Shown one piece after another: positions 58,651-64,000 of a stretch of DNA of 64,000 nt. The notes under the pieces are model-generated. The model was not told where the DNA came from. It saw nothing but the letters and a program-made list of their open reading frames with translations, and did not search any database. How positions within the stretch are numbered: position 1 is the stretch's first letter; every line of letters begins with the position of its first letter. The translations under genes were made by a program, and so were the position numbers. This DNA comes from an uncultured Nitrososphaerota archaeon (GTDB lineage: Archaea; Thermoproteota; Nitrososphaeria; Nitrososphaerales; Nitrosopumilaceae), in contig OY969559.1 in the NCBI GenBank assembly GCA_963701075.1, positions 384,001 to 448,000 on the forward strand, read 5' to 3'.

Positions 58651-58767
58651 TTGTGGCAATTTCAATATTACAAAGAATTTATCAAACAATACAAGAAATT
58701 AGGTTCTCAAAGTTCAACCAGAAAAAGTGTTTTACATGAAACCCTAAATTTTACTGGTGGGTCTTAG
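58651..58767 (+). pseudogene. Truncated RelE-like toxin remnant
   Basis: MWQFQYYKEFIKQYKKLGS resembles a RelE N-terminus; similarity is then lost and the frame stops at 38 aa. Confidence 0.55.
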
Positions 58768-58858
58768 ACTCAAGATATGATTGAAAATAAAAATTAAAGA
58801 TCGGGATGAACTAATTTATACACTTGATTAGTGAAATATTGTTTATGCGTGGTACCGT

Positions 58859-60478
58859 GTGAGTAGCGCAAATTCTGCGTCAGACAGCCCTCTGAAAAAT
58901 ACCCTGTACCGATTTCTATGGATTACAATGTTTGCATCAGACATAGGTGCCTCCATGCAAACTGTTGGTTCTGGATGGCTGATGACATCGCTTGCACTCT
59001 CCCCGTTTCTTGTCTCACTCTTACAAGCTATGACAAGCTTGTCGGTATTTCTGCTTGCACTTCCTGCGGGAGCTCTTGCTGATATTGTTGACAGGCGCAA
59101 GCTCTTTCTTGCCACGCAATACTTTTCGCTTGCAGTAGCTGTAATCTTGACCCTGCTTACCTTTGGAGGCTTGACAACATCATCAATTCTTCTTGTGTTT
59201 ACTCTATTGCTTGGCTTGGGAAATGCAATGAGCCTGCCTGTAAATATTGTAATCCAGACTGAGATTGTGCCAAAGAAAAAGGCCCTTGCTGCGCTGACCT
59301 TGTTTAGCGTGGCAATTTACATAGGACTTGCAGTAGGCCCACTCATTGGAGGGCTGGTGGTTGCAGCAGCTGGACCTGGGGCTGTCTTTATGCTAAATGC
59401 GCTTTCCTTTGTTGGAATCATTGTCTTTTTGCACAGGTGGCGCAAGCCTCAAGAGCGCAACCTTCTTCCCCCCGAGCAGGTGATCGGGGCTATTCGTACG
59501 GGGTTACAGTACATGCGTCATTCATTGCACGTGCGAGCACTCTTGGTCCGAGACTTTGCAATAACAATTTGTGGCAGCGCGCTTGTATCGCTATTGCCGC
59601 TATTGGCCCGCAACGAGGCAGGCTCTAACTCTATTCTTTTTGGAATCTTGGTTGGCGCGTTTGGCATAGGGGGGCTGGTCAGTGGCCTGGTCATAGTTCC
59701 GCGGATAAAAATATCAATTGAAAAGCGCGTGGCAAGTGCGACAATTTTGTATGCTGCTGCAATGGCTGTCATATCGCTCCAGCATGGAATCATTACATTG
59801 TTTGTTGGAGTGTTTGCAGTTGGAACTGCATTGATTGTCATGACATCGAGCCTGAACTTTGTTGCATACAATTCTGTATCGTCATGGGTGAAAACGCGTG
59901 TAGTATCGGTTCACCAGATGATGTATTGGGGCGGAGTGGCATTTGGAAGTATCGTGTGGGGAGCTGTTGCAGAGATCTGGGGAATCCAGACAGCATTGCT
60001 TGCCGCATCAATTGGAATGGTAATTGGACTTGTTACATCAACTCGCTACAAGCTAAAGTCACTTTCTGATGTGGACCTTACTCCATCAATGCACTGGGCC
60101 ATGCCCCGTACCATGATTGACATTGATGACCACGAGGAGGGATCTGTATTGGTAGAAGTAGAGTATCTGATCGATCCCACACGCTCGCAGGAATTTGAAT
60201 CTGCAATGAACGATGTGCGCTCGCTGGTGCTGCGAGATGGTGCAATCAACTGGGGTCTGTATCATGATGTTGAAAATCCAAGTCGTTATGTTATGATGTT
60301 CACATCTGAATCTTGGACTGAACACTTGCGCCAGCATGAACGAATCACAAAATCAGATATGGCAATTGAAGAGCATGCAAGATCGTTCCACATAGGAAAA
60401 GATCCTCCGCGAATATCACACCTCATCAGTGAGGATACTTCCAAAAATCATAACACCAAAAAAGAAGACAAGGCTTGA
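58859..60478 (+). CDS. MFS transporter with C-terminal soluble domain (MFS_3/DUF894 type)
   Basis: AGALADIVDRR motif A; 12 TMs; C-terminal RDGA..WGL..D...SW.EHLRQHERIT. Confidence 0.9.
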   Translation: MSSANSASDSPLKNTLYRFLWITMFASDIGASMQTVGSGWLMTSLALSPFLVSLLQAMTSLSVFLLALPAGALADIVDRRKLFLATQYFSLAVAVILTLLTFGGLTTSSILLVFTLLLGLGNAMSLPVNIVIQTEIVPKKKALAALTLFSVAIYIGLAVGPLIGGLVVAAAGPGAVFMLNALSFVGIIVFLHRWRKPQERNLLPPEQVIGAIRTGLQYMRHSLHVRALLVRDFAITICGSALVSLLPLLARNEAGSNSILFGILVGAFGIGGLVSGLVIVPRIKISIEKRVASATILYAAAMAVISLQHGIITLFVGVFAVGTALIVMTSSLNFVAYNSVSSWVKTRVVSVHQMMYWGGVAFGSIVWGAVAEIWGIQTALLAASIGMVIGLVTSTRYKLKSLSDVDLTPSMHWAMPRTMIDIDDHEEGSVLVEVEYLIDPTRSQEFESAMNDVRSLVLRDGAINWGLYHDVENPSRYVMMFTSESWTEHLRQHERITKSDMAIEEHARSFHIGKDPPRISHLISEDTSKNHNTKKEDKA

Positions 60479-60638
60479 TTTTTCTGCAAAAATGTCTCCA
60501 AAATGCCCCATTATGAGTATATTCCACCAAGACTTTCTAAATTCAATTACAATGTAATCAAGATCTTCAAATAACAAAAATCAAAAAATGTTTTAATAAA
60601 AATTTCAATTGTTAAACATCAAATCATGACGTCATTAA

Positions 60639-60917
60639 TTATTTTAGATCGTATTCTGCTTTCCAGATCTTGACACCAGCTGGAGTCACAATAATTCTCT
60701 CCTCTCCAAGCCTTGCAATATCTGCATCTTGCGCCTTTGCTACACTGTAAATCTCTTCTACCACTTTTCTTAGCTCGTCGACATTTTTTTGTGCAAGTGG
60801 GGTAACCCGCAGGACCAAGATCATGCCCTTTTTGATATCTTCTTTTACAGTATGGATATCGCTCTGGTCTCGAAGCGTAATCGCCTTGAGAAAGGTCGGG
60901 GCCGCCTGCTTTTGCAT
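60639..60917 (-). CDS. SepF-like (DUF552) protein
   Basis: I.I.RVTPLA......L...V.E........DIARLGEERIIVTP.GVKI. Confidence 0.8.
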   Translation of the reverse strand: MQKQAAPTFLKAITLRDQSDIHTVKEDIKKGMILVLRVTPLAQKNVDELRKVVEEIYSVAKAQDADIARLGEERIIVTPAGVKIWKAEYDLK

Positions 60918-60990
60918 ACGATTGGTAGGATCTCAGCTCCCTCAAAAAGTCTTTGTAGTCAATTGTAATTCACAGACTAGGTTGTTCGTG

Positions 60991-61998
60991 CTAGAGCATG
61001 AATTTCAGGTAGTCTTGTTCGGAAATGGCACCTGCTGGAATTTCAGAGTGGGTCTCATTTTTTTGCACCAGCATGACACCTGTCGAGTCCTTTGGTGCAT
61101 CAGAGTATCGGAATGTTATATCGGATGATATTTTTAGATTATTTTGGGAATCGTCTCCGCGCAAAAGCGATATTGGTCCCATGTGTTCCTTTGTCTCAAA
61201 CAATGTGTCCCCCGGGAGAGCAAGTGCCTTTAGTATCTCGTTTTCGTCCTTGTTTCTTCCAACAATTAATTTTGTGTTACCATCAAATCGGAAATGTCTT
61301 CCAATCTTTAGCAGATCAATATCATTTGTTGTCGGAGTTTCGGTATGTCGGAAAAGATCTTTTGCTCGTATTGCAAATCTTGGATCAGTAAGCAGGCAAC
61401 CACCTCCTGCATTTGGTGGATCAACAAAACCGAACTGCTCTGCCATCTTTAGCTGCTCTTTTCTTGTTCGTCCGCGAATCATGCCGAGATTTTCTCGCTT
61501 GATTATTCCCCTCTCTTCCGGCTCTGTCTTTGGTAATAACGCACCAGAGAGTGGCCTTACAATTTTTCCTTCTAGTCCTGATTCTTTTTCTATTGTTCTC
61601 AGTGCCGGACCATGCTGTGACATTGGTCGCTGTCCCAGTACTTCACCTGAGATGATAAACTCTGCACCGATATCTTCCATCACTTGTTTTCCAGCCTTGA
61701 ACATCATTGCACGGCAGTCAATACAAGGATTCATTCCGGAACCAAATCCGTGCTTTGGATGCTTTAGCATCTGGATGTAATCGTCTCCAAGATATACTGT
61801 TTTTAGATCGACTCCCAGCATGTCTGCTGTTCCTCGAATTTCAAAACCGCATCCTCTTCCACAATCAAAATCACAAAACGGAGTTTTTATTGCAACAGCG
61901 GTAACATCAAAGCCCTGGTTTTGCATCATTTTTACAGCTAGTCTGCTGTCCAGTCCGCCTGATAGTAAAGCTACAACTTTTTTCTTTTCTTCTGCCAC
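60991..61998 (-). CDS. PP-loop tRNA thiolation (ThiI/MnmA-like) protein with C-terminal DUF814 region
   Basis: ALLSGGLDS, NPCIDCR, GEVLGQRPMSQ, GGCLLT, GRHFR..IVGRN; start placed at GTG 61998. Confidence 0.85.
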   Translation of the reverse strand: MAEEKKKVVALLSGGLDSRLAVKMMQNQGFDVTAVAIKTPFCDFDCGRGCGFEIRGTADMLGVDLKTVYLGDDYIQMLKHPKHGFGSGMNPCIDCRAMMFKAGKQVMEDIGAEFIISGEVLGQRPMSQHGPALRTIEKESGLEGKIVRPLSGALLPKTEPEERGIIKRENLGMIRGRTRKEQLKMAEQFGFVDPPNAGGGCLLTDPRFAIRAKDLFRHTETPTTNDIDLLKIGRHFRFDGNTKLIVGRNKDENEILKALALPGDTLFETKEHMGPISLLRGDDSQNNLKISSDITFRYSDAPKDSTGVMLVQKNETHSEIPAGAISEQDYLKFML

Positions 61999-62075
61999 GA
62001 AAGCAAAGTTTTGATTCCAATATCTAAATGTTCCAAGCTGTATATCGTGTATGTTTCCAGCAAACATAAATGGAG

Positions 62076-62097
62076 ATTGTTCCAGATCTGGAACAAT
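62076..62097. promoter_or_regulatory. Perfect 22-bp palindrome ATTGTTCCAGATCTGGAACAAT
   Basis: In a divergent intergenic region, overlapping the peptidase ATG. Confidence 0.55.
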
Positions 62098-63158
62098 GCA
62101 GAGCCGCAGAAAAAATCTAATAAAATTTTGCAATAAACTAGAATGTGATACTCTTGTTGCCTTTGAGCCTGAGAACCTATATTACATGACCGGCTTTTGG
62201 GGAGAAGCCATAGGGATACTTGACAAGAGTGGAGCTGACTATCATTGCACCAGAGCTTGAGGTGGGCCGCGCAAAGGAAGAGTCTGTAAACTGTAGGGTG
62301 GTAAAGTCAGAGCGTGGAAAAGGGTCTATCTCTACTTTGATTGATGTTGTGAAAAACAAAAAGATCTGCACTGATACCAACAACTATGACATGGTACTAT
62401 CACTCAAGAAAAGCCTTCCAAGGGTAAGGTCTACTACAGAGCCCTTCTACCAGGCACGCCAGGTAAAGGATTCTGGCGAGATTGGTATACTCAAAAAGTG
62501 CTCGGAGATACTTGACGGGATGTATGAGCTCTGCGTGGACGAAATTAGGATAGGTATGTCAGAGATGGAGCTCCAGAGTATTTTGATGTCGTATGCGATG
62601 GAGCGTGGTGCATTTGCTACAGGATACAAGTCCACGCTCCAGCCCTTGATTATAGCTGGGGGGCCAAACAGTGCCCTTCCGCATGCACAGGTGACCGAGC
62701 GCAGGTTTCAGGATGGCGACATGATTGTGGCAGACCTTACATTGCGGCACAAGGGGTATGTCTCTGATGCAACTAGGACATTTGGTCTTGGTAGTATAAC
62801 GGCAGAGGCAAAGAAAGTCTATGATATAGTAAAAACATCGCAAGAAGCAGGCCTTAGGGCAGTGCGACCCGGTGTTTCCTGCAAGTCAGTTGATGATGCA
62901 TGTCGAAAAATTATTGTAAATAAAGGATACGGAAAGTATTTCATTCATTCTACAGGTCATGGTATCGGGCTAGAAGTGCATGAGCTGCCAAACCTCGGAC
63001 CGTCAAGCAAGGCGGTATTATCAAAGAACATGGCAATAACAGTAGAGCCTGGAATTTATCTGCCAGGAAAATTTGGTGTGCGAATTGAGGATTCCTTGAT
63101 TGTTGGTGCAAAACCTGATGTGATGCACCATTTTACAAAAGAATTGATTGTTGTTTGA
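62096..63158 (+). CDS. Xaa-Pro peptidase (M24B) (apparent +1 frameshift at 62237)
   Basis: ENLYYMTGF N-domain; ALPH, SDATRT, HSTGHGIGLEVHE, TVEPGIY, GVRIED. Confidence 0.92.
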
Positions 63159-63285
63159 GTAGCTAATTTATGATTTTATATTTAACGATTATTTCTTTAC
63201 AAGACTAACAATCATTAGTTAAAGATGTCAATTCCAAAATATGAGATTTGTAGATCCGAGCATTACTTTAACCATATTTCAGAAA

Positions 63286-63784
63286 TTACAGAATCACATC
63301 AACATGAAATACCGTATCTCGTGTGATTATTGCGTAATCGGAATCAGGCGTAATCTTTCTAACATGATAGTCCAGTGTTTTTTCAAAATATGGTAAAGAT
63401 ATCTTGTCATCTTTTGCTACTGCACGATCCTCAAGAAAATCCCTGAGATATTGTTCTGTTCCACTTGGAACATTATTTAATGGAATTACGTTTATTTTGG
63501 AAGCAATTAATGGTTTGACCTTTCTAATAGTAACTTTATCGCCTATCTTTGTACCTGAATTTGATCTAACGATACCATCAATTCGGATTAATTTCTTGTA
63601 TCGTGTCCATGCAAAGTGAGGTTTACATCTTGCCACTGTTTGATACCTGCCTGAGATCTCGATAACATCACCCGTTGTTACGTCAATTTCATCCATAACC
63701 TCGTAGACTTATTCTGGCTACTCCAGTGCGTATCTGAGAGGGATTTGCTTTTCCAAGTATGAGAGAAACAGATTTGTCTTTCAC
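63286..63784 (-). CDS. Stand-alone CDC48/VAT N-terminal domain protein (apparent +1 frameshift at 63707)
   Basis: GVARISYEVMDEIDVTTGDVIEISG...IRIDG..RSN.G..IGDKV; no AAA domain before the stop. Confidence 0.8.
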
Positions 63785-63924
63785 AAGTAAACCTTTATGA
63801 TTTCATATTAACGAGATCATTGTAGCAAAACTTTACTTTCAGCTAAGGAATTTTTTGTTTACCATTAAAATGGTTATTGTAAATGTCAGGTAGTTTTCTT
63901 TTCCGGCAGATAAATTCAATGAAT

Positions 63925-64000
63925 TCATAGCTCGATATTTCCATTCATGTTAACTCTCTTTACATTTTTGTGCCATTTTTCATGATACTCTTCGTGTTCT
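63925..64000 (-). CDS. Possible 3' end of a gene entering from beyond the window
   Basis: ..EHEEYHEKWHKNVKRVNMNGNIEL*. Confidence 0.35.
   Translation of the reverse strand, partial: EHEEYHEKWHKNVKRVNMNGNIEL

Noticed and set aside
61025-61780. 251 aa + strand ORF (and other short overlapping ORFs in the track)
   Set aside because: Antisense or alternative-frame shadows of well-supported genes with no motifs of their own
584-63784. Widespread pseudogenisation or programmed frameshifting
   Set aside because: Breaks hit housekeeping genes, share one AGCT-linked signature, lack slippery sequences and show no other decay

Overview
Archaeal chromosomal window from an ammonia-oxidising thaumarchaeon (Nitrososphaerota). 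Evidence: PEFG-CTERM proteins, DUF6659 paralogs, rpoL-tfs-pcn and psmB-aCPSF1 synteny, egsA, bluB/cbiH; probably Nitrosotalea-like (inference). Core genes occupy about 1-24.5 kb and 46.8-63 kb, and there are two tRNAs (Arg-CCT with a D-loop intron, Val-GAC). A ~21 kb accessory block (24.6-45.2 kb) joins an arsenic operon (HxlR regulator, arsC-arsM-arsC-aquaporin) to a phosphate/polyphosphate island. That island holds a secreted AcpA-type phosphatase, a tandem thymidylate-kinase-like pair (candidate heteromeric polyphosphate kinase), SixA, Ppx, CHAD, an AbrB-PhoU regulator, pstCAB-phoU and two pstS, with a recurrent CTAT(A/G)TAG motif and a duplicated hairpin element. Several toxin-antitoxin modules or remnants lie at 46-59 kb, two of them bracketed by direct repeats of host sequence. 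Eight apparent frameshifts all fall on AGCT sites. This most likely reflects a methylation-linked consensus error rather than true pseudogenes. All calls are from reading the sequence by eye; no database searches were run.
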